A stretch of 64,000 bases of DNA from Myxococcales bacterium (GCA_012798435.1 JAAZNF010000028.1:94946-158945), one strand, 5' to 3'. Numbered from the stretch's first letter, positions 48,454 through 57,668 are shown. Notes: generated from the sequence alone by a model not told the origin. Numbers and translations: made by a program.

Positions 48454-49818
48454 ATGTCGGAGTACTCCCTACTCGTTGTGGAAGACGACGCCAACCAGCG
48501 AAAGACGCTCGCTGGCTTTCTGCGCAAGCGCGGCTACCGGGTCGCCGAGGCCGCCTCGGCCGAGGAGGCCGAGCGGGTGGCGCGCCTCTCCCCTCCCCAC
48601 CTGCTCATCACCGACCTTCGCCTCGGCGGCCCCACCGGCGTCGAACTGCTCAAGTCCCTCAAGGCGAACTTTCCCGACATGGAGGGGCTGGTGCTCACCG
48701 CCTACGGCACCATCGCCGACGCGGTGGATGCCATGCGGGCCGGGGCCTACGACTTTTGCACCAAACCGCTCGATCTCGACCGGCTCGAGCTGCTCGTCAC
48801 CAAGGCGCTGGAGCGCGTCTCGCTCCGGGACGAGAACCGCCGCCTGCGCCAGGCGACCCGGGAGGAGGCCTTTCGCACCCTGGTCGGAGAGTCTGCGGCC
48901 ATGACTCGGGTGCGAGAGCTCGGGGCGCGGGTGGCCGAGAGCCGGGTGCCAGTGCTCATCCTGGGCGAATCCGGGACCGGCAAGGAGGTGCTGGCCCGCG
49001 CCATCCACCGCGCCTCGCCGCGCGCCGGCAAGGACTTCGTGGCGGTGAACTGCGCCGCCCTGCCCGAGAGCCTCATCGAGTCCGAGCTGTTCGGGCACAA
49101 GAAGGGTGCCTTCACCGGCGCCTCGTCCGACCGCCCGGGGCGCTTCGAGCTGGCCGAGGGAGGAACGCTGTTCCTCGACGAGGTGGGAGACATCCCGCTG
49201 CCGGTCCAGGTGAAACTTTTGCGGGTGCTCCAGTCCGGAACCTTCGAACGCCTCGGCGACACCCGGACCGTGCAGGCCGACGTGCGCCTGATCGCTGCCA
49301 CCCACCGCGACCTGGAGGCCAGGATCCGGGAGGGGCTGTTCCGGCAGGACCTGTACTACCGGCTCAACGTCATCTCCATCCCCATTCCGCCGCTGCGCGA
49401 GCGGCCGGAGGACATCCCGATCCTGGTGGAGCACCTGCTCAGAAAGCACCGCGATCTCGCCGGCGCTCCCGTGGAGGGGGTCGAGCCCGAGGTCATGGAG
49501 CGTCTACGGCGATTCCCCTTCCCCGGCAACACGCGCGAGCTTGAGAACTGGATCGAGCGCGCCCTGGTGCTGGCGGCGGGGCCACACCTCTCTCGCGCGG
49601 ACTTCCCGGCACAGCTCTTCGACGACACGCCGGCCGAAAACCCTGCGGACGCTTCACCCCGAGCCAGCGGCGGCCTTGACGATCAGGTGGCCGACCTCGA
49701 GCGCCGGCTCATCCGCGAGGCCCTCGAGCGGGCGGACGGCAACCAGAGCGCGGCCGCCCGCGCCCTCGGCATCACCGAACGCGCCATTCGCTACAAGATG
49801 AAGAAGTACGGTCTGTAA
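48454..49818 (+). CDS. Sigma54-dependent response regulator (NtrC/ZraR-like)
   Basis: Receiver domain, [14 protein letters not shown], Fis-type HTH. Confidence 0.95.
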   Translation: MSEYSLLVVEDDANQRKTLAGFLRKRGYRVAEAASAEEAERVARLSPPHLLITDLRLGGPTGVELLKSLKANFPDMEGLVLTAYGTIADAVDAMRAGAYDFCTKPLDLDRLELLVTKALERVSLRDENRRLRQATREEAFRTLVGESAAMTRVRELGARVAESRVPVLILGESGTGKEVLARAIHRASPRAGKDFVAVNCAALPESLIESELFGHKKGAFTGASSDRPGRFELAEGGTLFLDEVGDIPLPVQVKLLRVLQSGTFERLGDTRTVQADVRLIAATHRDLEARIREGLFRQDLYYRLNVISIPIPPLRERPEDIPILVEHLLRKHRDLAGAPVEGVEPEVMERLRRFPFPGNTRELENWIERALVLAAGPHLSRADFPAQLFDDTPAENPADASPRASGGLDDQVADLERRLIREALERADGNQSAAARALGITERAIRYKMKKYGL

Positions 49819-49894
49819 ACGCCGCGCGAACGCGGGGCCTGCACCGCCAGCGCGTTGGCGCACATCCTGGCACACGCACGCATTTCATCCGACC

Positions 49895-49940
49895 TCGACG
49901 TTTTCGTCGAACCGCTCGTCGAACTCGACCATGTCGTCGA
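49895..49940 (+). promoter_or_regulatory. Tandem enhancer (UAS) palindromes
   Basis: TCGACG-TTTT-CGTCGA (49895-49910) and TCGACC-ATGT-CGTCGA (49925-49940), 30 bp apart, upstream of a sigma54 promoter. Confidence 0.65.
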
Positions 49941-49965
49941 GCCGATGCCACCCTCTCCTGAAGAT

Positions 49966-49980
49966 AAAATCATTGATTTT
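49966..49980 (-). promoter_or_regulatory. Putative IHF site
   Basis: AATCAA-TGAT-TTT, close to the WATCAANNNNTTR consensus, in an AT-rich patch between the UAS and the promoter. Confidence 0.5.
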
Positions 49981-50006
49981 CATATAGATAAGTCAAGCCT
50001 GACCGG

Positions 50007-50022
50007 TGGCACGCTGCTTGCT
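50007..50022 (+). promoter_or_regulatory. Sigma54 -24/-12 promoter
   Basis: TGGCAC-GCTGC-TTGCT matches TGGCAC-N5-TTGCW exactly. Confidence 0.88.
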
Positions 50023-50072
50023 GACTCCCAAGCAGGTAACAACACCGGCCCTTGCCGGAAAAGGAGGCAGTC

Positions 50073-50621
50073 ATGTTGTGGAAGCTCTCGATCGCGACAG
50101 TGGCCCTGATGTTCCTCTCGTCCATTGCGCTGGCCCAGGAAGCAGACAAGACCAAGACCCAGAAACGCGACCAGGTCCGGCAAGAAAAGACCGTGGAGAA
50201 GCAGGCCGGCGACGCCCAGGGTGACACGGTCCGCACCCGGACCCAGGCGCGCGAGCGCAAGCAGCTTCGGGACGGCAGCGGCCAGGGCGGCCAGCCCGCG
50301 CAGGGCGGCCAGGGCTCGAGCGATGGCTCGAACTACGTAGGCGCCAACGACGTGGGCCAGACCGACATTGGCGGCGACGACGGCAGCGCGGCCTCCGGCC
50401 AGAAGAAGCGCGGCCAGCACCGCAACCGGTACCGCTACCGCCACCAGAACCAGGCCGGTAATGGCCCCGGCGCGGGCTCGGGCGCTGGGATGGGCTCCGG
50501 CCGCGGCTTCGGCCAGGGCTTCGTGGACGCGAACGGCGACGGCATCTGCGACCACAGACAGGGCGGCTCTGGCTCCGGCAGCGGCTCGGGGACTGGCACT
50601 CGCGGCTCGGTTGGGCAATAA
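50073..50621 (+). CDS. Secreted low-complexity Gly/Gln/Arg-rich protein with an FVDANGDGICD motif
   Basis: RBS AAGGAGG; signal peptide ALA|Q; EF-hand-like DxNGDG loop. Confidence 0.8.
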   Translation: MLWKLSIATVALMFLSSIALAQEADKTKTQKRDQVRQEKTVEKQAGDAQGDTVRTRTQARERKQLRDGSGQGGQPAQGGQGSSDGSNYVGANDVGQTDIGGDDGSAASGQKKRGQHRNRYRYRHQNQAGNGPGAGSGAGMGSGRGFGQGFVDANGDGICDHRQGGSGSGSGSGTGTRGSVGQ

Positions 50622-50634
50622 TAGTGGCAGGAGG

Positions 50635-50670
50635 CGGGTGAGGGCCCGAAAGCCCTCACCCGGCTTTTTT
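50635..50670 (+). terminator. Rho-independent terminator/attenuator
   Basis: CGGGTGAGGGC-ccgaaa-GCCCTCACCCG, then GC and T6. Confidence 0.8.
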
Positions 50671-50671
50671 C

Positions 50672-50989
50672 ATGTTTCGATCGCTCTCCATACCGTTCCT
50701 TCTCGCGTTCGCCCTCCTCGCCTCGCCATTCGCCCTGGGCCAAACCTCGGACACGCCGAAGGAACCGCAAGCCGCCAGCGAAGCCACTCCCCCGGCGCAG
50801 CCTCCAAAGAACAACGCGCCGAAGACGGGAAGCGACGGCGAGGCCTTCGTAGATCGCGATGGCGACGGCATCCATGACGGCAAGGAGCACCGCTTCCGCA
50901 AGCAGCGGCATGGAAAGCGAAACAGGGACAACGAGGATGGCTCGTTCCAGCACCAGTACCGCAACCGCAAAGGAAAATCCGGCTCGTAA
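50672..50989 (+). CDS. Small secreted protein with an FVDRDGDGIHD motif and a basic/His-rich tail
   Basis: Signal peptide ALG|Q; motif paralogous to the upstream gene. Confidence 0.7.
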   Translation: MFRSLSIPFLLAFALLASPFALGQTSDTPKEPQAASEATPPAQPPKNNAPKTGSDGEAFVDRDGDGIHDGKEHRFRKQRHGKRNRDNEDGSFQHQYRNRKGKSGS

Positions 50990-51023
50990 GCTCGCTCTCT
51001 CCAACCAGAATCAGGGTATCCAT

Positions 51024-52172
51024 ATGAGAACCGCACTCCTTGCGCATCATCGCGCGCGCGACCGCCGGTGGGGAGCTTTCCTGGCAGCGTTCCCGCTGAT
51101 GGCGCTTTCGCTCAGCCTCCCGTCCCGCGCTGCCGATTTCTCGGGCGGGCTCTCGCTCGACTCGACCTATACCTCCAACATCTTCCTGGATGCCTCGCAC
51201 GAGTGGGACGTGGTGTTGCGGCCCCAGGCCGAGCTGGGCCTAGACTTCGCCGACACCTGGTCCGTCGGCTACACCGGCGAGGCCAACGTCTTCGCCGAGC
51301 ACCCCAAGCTCTTCTCTCACTTCCACGAGGTGTACCTGTTCTACAACCCCGCCTGGGGCGAGGACGGCGAGAACGAGTTCACCAGCGAGGTCCGCCTGCA
51401 GACGCTCCTCAACACCAGGAGCTTTCGCGACATCAACCTGCTGCACCCGGCCTGGCTCAACAAGCTGGAGCTCCAGCCGCAAAAATGGCTTCGGGCCGAG
51501 TTCAGCCTGGACACCTCGTATTTGTGGTTCTTCGAGGACAGCTCCTCGAGCTCGATCGACGTGTGGGCCCGGGCCAGGCTCTCGTTCCAGCTTCCCAGCC
51601 GCACCAGCATCTCTCCGCTGCTGCGTTACGGCCTGCGCTGGCTCACCCAGCCGCTATCCACCACCACCGGCGAGCCCGACCGGCTGGACCAGCAGCTCGT
51701 CATCGGGCTGCAGCTGGGCCAGGGATTGTGGGAGGGCGCGGGGTTGCAGGTGCAGGGAAGCTTCCTTCCCGACCTGGGCACCTCGGCGCTCCTCTCGCAG
51801 AAGTTGGCCCAGGCCCAGTTCGTGTACCTGGGCGAGGAGTTTCTGTATTCCGGCTGGCAGGCCGCGCTCGCGCTGCGGCAGGTGATCGGCGTGAGCTGGA
51901 TGTTCGAGGCCGGCTGCGCCTTCGAGCGGCGGACCTACTCTGGCTGGCCGGCGCTGGACGCCAGTGGCGCCAGCATCGGCGAGGACCGGACGGACACCCG
52001 CGTCATCCCGCGCCTTAGCGTCCAGTACCGCTGGCGGGCCGAGAAAGACGGCGCGACTATCTCCGACTTCGGCGTGGACCTCGACGCCGCCTGGATGCTC
52101 CAGGGCTCGAACAGCGACTGGTACGACACCGACGCCATGTTCGTCGCGCTCTCTCTGAACCTCGGCTTCTGA
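51024..52172 (+). CDS. Outer-membrane beta-barrel protein (Slam/DUF560- or BBP2-like)
   Basis: YTSNIF near the N-terminus, amphipathic strands, NSDWYD, C-terminal LSLNLGF (terminal Phe); start uncertain. Confidence 0.75.
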   Translation: MRTALLAHHRARDRRWGAFLAAFPLMALSLSLPSRAADFSGGLSLDSTYTSNIFLDASHEWDVVLRPQAELGLDFADTWSVGYTGEANVFAEHPKLFSHFHEVYLFYNPAWGEDGENEFTSEVRLQTLLNTRSFRDINLLHPAWLNKLELQPQKWLRAEFSLDTSYLWFFEDSSSSSIDVWARARLSFQLPSRTSISPLLRYGLRWLTQPLSTTTGEPDRLDQQLVIGLQLGQGLWEGAGLQVQGSFLPDLGTSALLSQKLAQAQFVYLGEEFLYSGWQAALALRQVIGVSWMFEAGCAFERRTYSGWPALDASGASIGEDRTDTRVIPRLSVQYRWRAEKDGATISDFGVDLDAAWMLQGSNSDWYDTDAMFVALSLNLGF

Positions 52173-52206
52173 CCCCACCGCAACCACCGCCTCATGAAAA
52201 TACCGC

Positions 52207-52256
52207 CAGGGGGCTGCGCCCCCTTGAATCCCCCGAGAAAAACCTGCTGACAAGGA
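52207..52256 (+). repeat. REP-like repeat family B, copy 3
   Basis: AGGGGGC-tgc-GCCCCCT hairpin, then TGAATCCCCCGAGAAAAACCTGCTGACA; similar to 23676-23732 and 23297-23354. Confidence 0.55.
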
Positions 52257-52560
52257 AAAGCTCAGAGAAAAGCCCGAAGAGAACCCGGAATAAACCTTCT
52301 ACTAAGTAAAGGCCGGGAAAAAACCTCGGAGAAAACTCTGTTGAGATATTGAGCGCGGCGCGCCAGGCGAACAATTTCGCCGCAAACAGCTTACTCAAGG
52401 AGCGGCCCGTTTAACGCCGACCACCCCCGGCGCTGCTCGGGAGGACCCTGCGCGCCGGCGGGGGGCCCCCGCTCGGCTACGCGGCCGCCACGATACATCC
52501 AAGGCGGCGACGCCGATGGGCAGCCGCGCCCTGTGTCACTCGAGCGCGGCGCGAAGGTTC

Positions 52561-53808
52561 TCAGTGCCGAAACGATCGCTGTCCGGTGAAGACCATGGTG
52601 GCGCCGTGCTCGTTGCAGGCCTCGATCACCTCGTGGTCGTTGAGCGAGCCGCCGGGCTGGATCACCGCCCGCACCCCCTCGCGCAGCCCGACCTCCAGGC
52701 CATCACGGAAGGGGAAGAACCCGTCCGACACCATCACCGCGCCGGGCAGCCCGCCCCGCTCGGCGCGCACCTCCTCGTCCACGGCGCGCCGCCGCTCCTC
52801 GGGCGTCTCGTGGTAGGGCGTGCCGAAACGCTCGAAGCACCGCCGGTCGGCGAGCTTGCGATAGGCCTTGTCGCGCGCGATCTCGGCCACCCCCACCCGG
52901 TCCTGCTCGCCGGTGCCGATGCCCACGGTGACGCCGTCCTTGACGTAGATGACCGAGTTCGAGCTCACCCCGGACTCCACGATCCAGCCGAACACCATGT
53001 CCTCCCGCTCGGCCTCGGTGGGGGCGCGCTGGACCCGGTAGGTCCTTCCCTGGTGCTGGCACTCGGCCGGCCGTAGCGCCGCCGGGTCCAGGCACTCGGG
53101 CACGAACGACACCTGGGCGATGAGCCCGCCGTCGATGAGGCTCTTGAGATCCACGAAGCGCCGCCCCGCCCAGCGCTCCAGCCGTTCCATGGCGCGGATC
53201 TCCATGATGCGCAGGTTCTTGCGTTTCGCCAGGATGTCCACCACGCCCGGCTCGAAGCCCGGGGCCAGCACCACCTCGGCGTAGCGCCGGGCGATCTCGC
53301 TCGCGGTGTCGCGGTCGACCGGCCGGTTGAGGGCGATGCAGCCCCCGAAGGCTGCGATGCGGTCGGCCAGGTCGGCCTTGAGGTAGGCCTCGACCAGGGA
53401 GTCGGCCACCGCCACCCCGGAAGGGTTGTTGTGTTTCATGATGGCGCAGGCGGGCCGGCGAGTGAGGTAGCGCAGGATGTTGAGCGCGTTGTCGGCGTCG
53501 GTGAGGTTGATCTTTCCCGGGTGCTTGCCGAACTGGTGCAGGGTGGCGGCGCACACCAGCTCCTCACCCGGGCCGATCAGGCGCACCTCGCCCAGCACCA
53601 GGTTGCCGTCGACCAGCCGGTACAGGGCCGCCTCCTGGCCGGGGTTCTCGCCGTAGCGCAACCCCCGGCGCTCGCCCTCCACCTCCCAGGTCACCTTGCG
53701 GTAGGTGAGCGTGGTCGCCCTCTCCCCTTCCCCGAAGGTGAGGCGCAGCGTCTCGGGGAAGTGCTCCGCCACGATGGTGCGGTAGGCCTTCTTGAGGTCG
53801 GTGCTCAT
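52561..53808 (-). CDS. purH: PurH C-terminal part: AICAR transformylase domain
   Basis: LRYGENPGQEAA, MKHNNPSGVA, AFGG, SNSVI, GTGEQDRV, SDGFFPFRDG, QPGGS, RSFRH. Confidence 0.9.
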   Translation of the reverse strand: MSTDLKKAYRTIVAEHFPETLRLTFGEGERATTLTYRKVTWEVEGERRGLRYGENPGQEAALYRLVDGNLVLGEVRLIGPGEELVCAATLHQFGKHPGKINLTDADNALNILRYLTRRPACAIMKHNNPSGVAVADSLVEAYLKADLADRIAAFGGCIALNRPVDRDTASEIARRYAEVVLAPGFEPGVVDILAKRKNLRIMEIRAMERLERWAGRRFVDLKSLIDGGLIAQVSFVPECLDPAALRPAECQHQGRTYRVQRAPTEAEREDMVFGWIVESGVSSNSVIYVKDGVTVGIGTGEQDRVGVAEIARDKAYRKLADRRCFERFGTPYHETPEERRRAVDEEVRAERGGLPGAVMVSDGFFPFRDGLEVGLREGVRAVIQPGGSLNDHEVIEACNEHGATMVFTGQRSFRH

Positions 53809-54500
53809 GCGGGCTCCTGTGGGTACTGGTAGACGGCCTCGATCTCCTGCGCCGAGCGCGCCGCCAGGTACTCGGCGATGGCCTTGTCGTAGGCGGCGGT
53901 GTGGGCAAAGGCCTTGCGGGCCAGCTCGAAGCGGGTGCGGATGTCGATGCGCCCGCCGTTCGCCTTGAGCTTCTTCACCACCGTCTCGTAGTCGGACGGA
54001 TCGCACAGCGGCAGCACGCGCAGGAAGTTCTTGGCCGCGGCCCGCAGCATGCACGGCCCGCCGATGTCGATGTTGGCGCGCGCCTCCTCGGGCGTGGCCC
54101 CGGGCCGGGAGGACGCCGCCGTGAAGGGGTAGAGGTTCACCGCCACCAGGTCGATGGGGGCGGCCGACAGGCGGGCCAGGTCCCGCTGGTGGCTCTCGTT
54201 GTAGGTCTCGGTGAGCAGCCCCAGGTAGATCTTGAAGTCCAGCGTCTTCACCAGGCCACCCTGGGTCTCGGGTTGGCCGGTGTAATCCGAGACCTGCACC
54301 AGGTGCTGCCTGGCGCGCTCCGGGCCGAGGATCTTCGCCAGGGCTTCGAAGGTCCCGCCGGTGGAGAGTATGCGCAACTTCTCGGACACCGCGCACAGCC
54401 CGTGCGCCAGCACGTCGAGGTTCTTCTTGTCCGAGACGCTGACCAGCGCCGTGCGGATGGGAACCCAGCGATCGGCCTTGGAGACGATGTTCACCGCCAT
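53805..54500 (-). CDS. purH: PurH N-terminal part: MGS-like IMP cyclohydrolase
   Basis: ALVSVSDK, STGGT, GGLVKTLD, VNLYPF, NIDIGGP, RAAAKN, AFAHTAAYD. Confidence 0.88.
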   Translation of the reverse strand: MAVNIVSKADRWVPIRTALVSVSDKKNLDVLAHGLCAVSEKLRILSTGGTFEALAKILGPERARQHLVQVSDYTGQPETQGGLVKTLDFKIYLGLLTETYNESHQRDLARLSAAPIDLVAVNLYPFTAASSRPGATPEEARANIDIGGPCMLRAAAKNFLRVLPLCDPSDYETVVKKLKANGGRIDIRTRFELARKAFAHTAAYDKAIAEYLAARSAQEIEAVYQYPQEPA

Positions 54501-54521
54501 GCATGACCTCCCGTGTTCGTT

Positions 54522-55187
54522 TCAGTCCAGTTCGATCGGTTTGCCGTCCCACCACACGCGGCCACCCGCCAACGAAAGACGCCCCTCGCAGTAGGCCCGG
54601 ATCACCGCCGGATACAGCTCGTGCTCGACGGCCAGCCCGCGCGCGCGCAGGCGCTCCAGGTCGTCATCCGGCAGCACCGGCACGCGCCGCTGGGCGATGA
54701 TCGGCCCGGTGTCCACCCCGCGGTCCACAAAATGCACCGTCACCCGCGTCTCGGAGAGCCGCCGCGCGCCCGGCACCAACCCCAGGGCGAACTCGTAGCC
54801 GTGCGCCCCCTGGTAGGCGCGGGTGTCGGCGGGGTGGATGTTGAGCACCCCCGGCAGCTCCCGCTCCCGATCCCAGAAGGCGTCCAGCAAAACCGGCGAG
54901 AGCACCCGCATGTAGCCGGCCAGCACCGCGGTGCGCGCCCCGTAGGGCCGCAGGGCATCGAGCACGGCGCGCTCGTGCTCGGCGCGGGAGCGGAAGTCTC
55001 GATGGGGCACCAGCACCACCGGCACCCCGGCGCGGCGGGCCCGCTCCATCCCGAAGGCCCCGGCCACGTTGCAGGCCACCACCGCGACCTCGGCGGGATA
55101 GCCCGGCTGACGGCAGGCGTCCAGGATGGCCTGCAGGTTGGTGCCCCCACCGGAGACGAAGACCGCCAGGCGCTCGGGCGCGCTCAT
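54522..55187 (-). CDS. purN: Phosphoribosylglycinamide formyltransferase
   Basis: VSGGGTNLQA, LAGYMRVL, NIHP, TVHFVD.GVDTGPII. Confidence 0.95.
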   Translation of the reverse strand: MSAPERLAVFVSGGGTNLQAILDACRQPGYPAEVAVVACNVAGAFGMERARRAGVPVVLVPHRDFRSRAEHERAVLDALRPYGARTAVLAGYMRVLSPVLLDAFWDRERELPGVLNIHPADTRAYQGAHGYEFALGLVPGARRLSETRVTVHFVDRGVDTGPIIAQRRVPVLPDDDLERLRARGLAVEHELYPAVIRAYCEGRLSLAGGRVWWDGKPIELD

Positions 55188-55915
55188 CTCATCTCCGAGA
55201 GCAGCCGCTCGGCGATCTTGGAGATTTCCTGCCCCAGGTGGTCGGTCTCGCCCGCGTGATTCTTGGCCAGGTCCTCGAGGAGGTTGCGCGCCAGGCCCGG
55301 ATCGGTGTGCCGGTAGATCCAGCTCACCAGGGCCAGCTTGGCCGAGCCGGCCACCGGGGCGTTGTATTCGCAGATGCCGTCGCGGTAGCGGTCCATGGCC
55401 AGGCGCCAGGCCGCCTCGGCCTTCCTGCGCCGCTCTTCGAGCGGCAGCGCGCGGGAGCGCATGTAGTGCTGGCCGAGTTCGTAGGCGGCGCAGCCGGCGC
55501 GGTTGGTGTCGGGGTAGTCGCGCAAGAGCTCCTCGAGCTTCTCGATGGAGGCGGTCTCCCCGCGCGGGCGGCGGCCGGCCCACCACAGTTTTTCCATCTC
55601 CCGGTGGCGTTCGAGGCCCAGGCGCTCGCGGTCCGCGTACCACTTCTTCTCGAAGGCCTCGCCGAAGTTGATGGGCGGCCCGCCATCGTACTGCTCGAAG
55701 GCCACCTCGCGCTCCTCGTCGGGCGGGGTGTCCGGCCGCAGCAGGTTCGGCGGTAGGCGGCGCGGGCCCGGGCGGGGGGCGTCGGGCTCCGCGCCGAGCG
55801 GGCCGGCGTCTAGCGAAGGCAGCGCCGTGTGCGGCTCGCCGCCGGAGAGGGCCAGCACCACGAAGACGATCACCGCGCCGAGCGTGAGCGCCACCACCGC
55901 GATCAATGCGCGCAC
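55184..55915 (-). CDS. Membrane-anchored hypothetical protein with TPR-like helices
   Basis: N-terminal TM segment; RBS GGAGG; stop overlaps the purN start. Confidence 0.65.
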   Translation of the reverse strand: MRALIAVVALTLGAVIVFVVLALSGGEPHTALPSLDAGPLGAEPDAPRPGPRRLPPNLLRPDTPPDEEREVAFEQYDGGPPINFGEAFEKKWYADRERLGLERHREMEKLWWAGRRPRGETASIEKLEELLRDYPDTNRAGCAAYELGQHYMRSRALPLEERRRKAEAAWRLAMDRYRDGICEYNAPVAGSAKLALVSWIYRHTDPGLARNLLEDLAKNHAGETDHLGQEISKIAERLLSEMR

Positions 55916-56001
55916 CCGAACCTCCTACTACGAGGTTGAAAGACGCCGTCCTGGGCGTTTTTCAACTCGCTTCGTCGCGGCACCCGTCCGCGACTCGCTC
56001 C

Positions 56002-56038
56002 AAAAAACAAGCCGCCGGACTCGAGAGCCCGGCGGCTT
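56002..56038 (-). terminator. Terminator of the tRNA operon
   Basis: On the minus strand: AAGCCGCCGG...CCGGCGGCTT followed by GTTTTTT. Confidence 0.75.
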
Positions 56039-56042
56039 AGAA

Positions 56043-56119
56043 TGGCGGGGCCGACGGGATTCGAACCCGCGCCCTCCGACGTGACAGGCCGGCGTTATAA
56101 CCAGCTTAACTACGGCCCC
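56043..56119 (-). tRNA. tRNA-Asp (GTC)
   Basis: GGGGCCGTAGTTAAGCTGG...CCT-GTC-ACG...GGTTCGAATCCC...CCCCGCCA; CCA is encoded. Confidence 0.96.
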
Positions 56120-56141
56120 GACCATTTCAAATACCAACCTA

Positions 56142-56213
56142 TAGGCGGGACAGGGCTTGAACCTGCGACATCCGGCTTGTAAGGCCGGCGCTCTCCCACT
56201 GAGCTACCCGCCC
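56142..56213 (-). tRNA. tRNA-Val (TAC)
   Basis: GGGCGGGTAGCTCAGTGGGAGAGC...CCT-TAC-AAG...GGTTCAAGCCC...CCCGCCTA; CCA is not encoded. Confidence 0.95.
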
Positions 56214-56255
56214 ATGCCGCCTCCCGCGAACGCTCCGGGCGACGCGGTAGCGCCC

Positions 56256-56285
56256 TACCTAGCAGGTCCACCGGGGGCCTGTCAA
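56256..56285 (-). promoter_or_regulatory. Putative sigma70 promoter of the tRNA operon
   Basis: TTGACA-18 nt-TAGGTA, followed by a GC-rich stretch. Confidence 0.45.
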
Positions 56286-56361
56286 GGATTGAATCGCGAA
56301 TAACCCTTTGCCGAATGCCGATCGATTTGTCTTCGCCCTCGCTCCGTTGTAGAAGACGCCC

Positions 56362-57552
56362 ATGTCCGAGACCCCTTCTCCCACCAGGGGCGGCGCGCGC
56401 GCGGTCGATGGCTCCGATGCCGAAAAACGCCAGGTGGCGGCGCTGTCGGTGCTGGCCGCGATCGCCCTGACCGGAATGAAGCTCGTGGTGGGCCTTCTCA
56501 CCGGCTCGCTGGGTATCCTCTCGGAGGCCCTGCACTCCGGGCTCGACCTGATCGCGGCCGCCATGACCTACTTCGCCGTGCGCCTGGCCGGCCAGCCGGC
56601 GGACGAGGGCCATCCCTACGGCCACGGCAAGTTCGAGAACCTCTCGGCCTTGTTCGAGACGCTGCTCTTGCTGGGAGCCTGTGTGTGGATCGTGGTGGAG
56701 GCGGTGCGCCGCTTGCTGGGCGAGCCGGTGGAGGTCGATCCCAGCGTGTGGGCCTTCCTGGTCATGGGCGTGTCCATCGCGGTGGACTTCTCACGCTCCC
56801 GGGCGTTGCAGCGGGCGGCGCAGAAGTACGACAGCCAGGCCCTGGAGGCGGACGCACTGCACTTCTCCACCGACATCTGGTCATCCCTGGTGGTGGTCGG
56901 TGGGCTGGCATGCGTCCTGGTGGCGGAGCGGACCGGCCTCGCCTGGCTTCGCAACGCCGACGCGGTGGCCGCCCTGTGCGTGGCGCTCATCGTGGTCGGG
57001 GTCAGCCTGCGCCTGGGACGGCGCACCCTGTCGGGCCTGCTGGACGAGGCGCCGGCGGGGCTCGTCCAACGCATTCACAAGCGCCTGTCCGAGCTCCAGG
57101 TGCAAGAGGTGGGCCGCATCCGCCTGCGCAAGGGAGGGGCCACCACCTTCGTCGACCTCTCGCTGGGAGTCCTCGGGGACACCAGCGTCGAGGAAGGTCA
57201 CCGGCTCGCCGACGAGGCCGAAGGAGCGGTGTGCGAGCTGGTGCCAGGCGCGGACGTGACCGTCCATGTCGAGCCCGCTCCCGCAGCGCCGGGAAGCGAA
57301 ATGACCCTGGCGCGCCAGGTCGAGCGGGTGGTGCTTTCGGAGGACAGGACCTGCCAGCCGCACGACATCCTGATCACTCGGGCCAGCGAAGGGCTGTACC
57401 TTTCGCTGCATTGCCTCGTGCCGGGAAACATGCCGGTGGAGGAGGCGCACGCGCTCACCGATCGGCTCGAGGAGGCGCTGCGCCGCCACATCGCGGGTGT
57501 CGGGCGGGTCGTCATCCACATCGAGCCCCGCAGCGCCGGCGCCGGGCCGTAG
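56362..57552 (+). CDS. Cation diffusion facilitator with duplicated C-terminal ZT-dimer domains
   Basis: SEALHSGLD, HPYGHGKFE, ADALHFSTD; two GH/AH...HVEP/HIEP domains. Confidence 0.92.
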   Translation: MSETPSPTRGGARAVDGSDAEKRQVAALSVLAAIALTGMKLVVGLLTGSLGILSEALHSGLDLIAAAMTYFAVRLAGQPADEGHPYGHGKFENLSALFETLLLLGACVWIVVEAVRRLLGEPVEVDPSVWAFLVMGVSIAVDFSRSRALQRAAQKYDSQALEADALHFSTDIWSSLVVVGGLACVLVAERTGLAWLRNADAVAALCVALIVVGVSLRLGRRTLSGLLDEAPAGLVQRIHKRLSELQVQEVGRIRLRKGGATTFVDLSLGVLGDTSVEEGHRLADEAEGAVCELVPGADVTVHVEPAPAAPGSEMTLARQVERVVLSEDRTCQPHDILITRASEGLYLSLHCLVPGNMPVEEAHALTDRLEEALRRHIAGVGRVVIHIEPRSAGAGP

Positions 57553-57668
57553 GCGCAACGTCACTGAACGCAGGCGCACGAACCGCAGTACTCGAACCGG
57601 TCGCAGCAGTCCAGGGTAGATTTGACCCACCCGCCGCAGCCCGCTAGACTGCGCCCAGCGAGGCTAAA

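Noticed and set aside
54500-56040. ZMP/ZTP or purine riboswitch ahead of purN/purH
   Set aside because: The intergenic gaps are very short or occupied by the tRNA terminator, and no recognisable aptamer consensus was found by eye.
55916-56361. tRNA pair as a prophage or island integration site
   Set aside because: No integrase and no duplicated tRNA 3' end were seen in the window.
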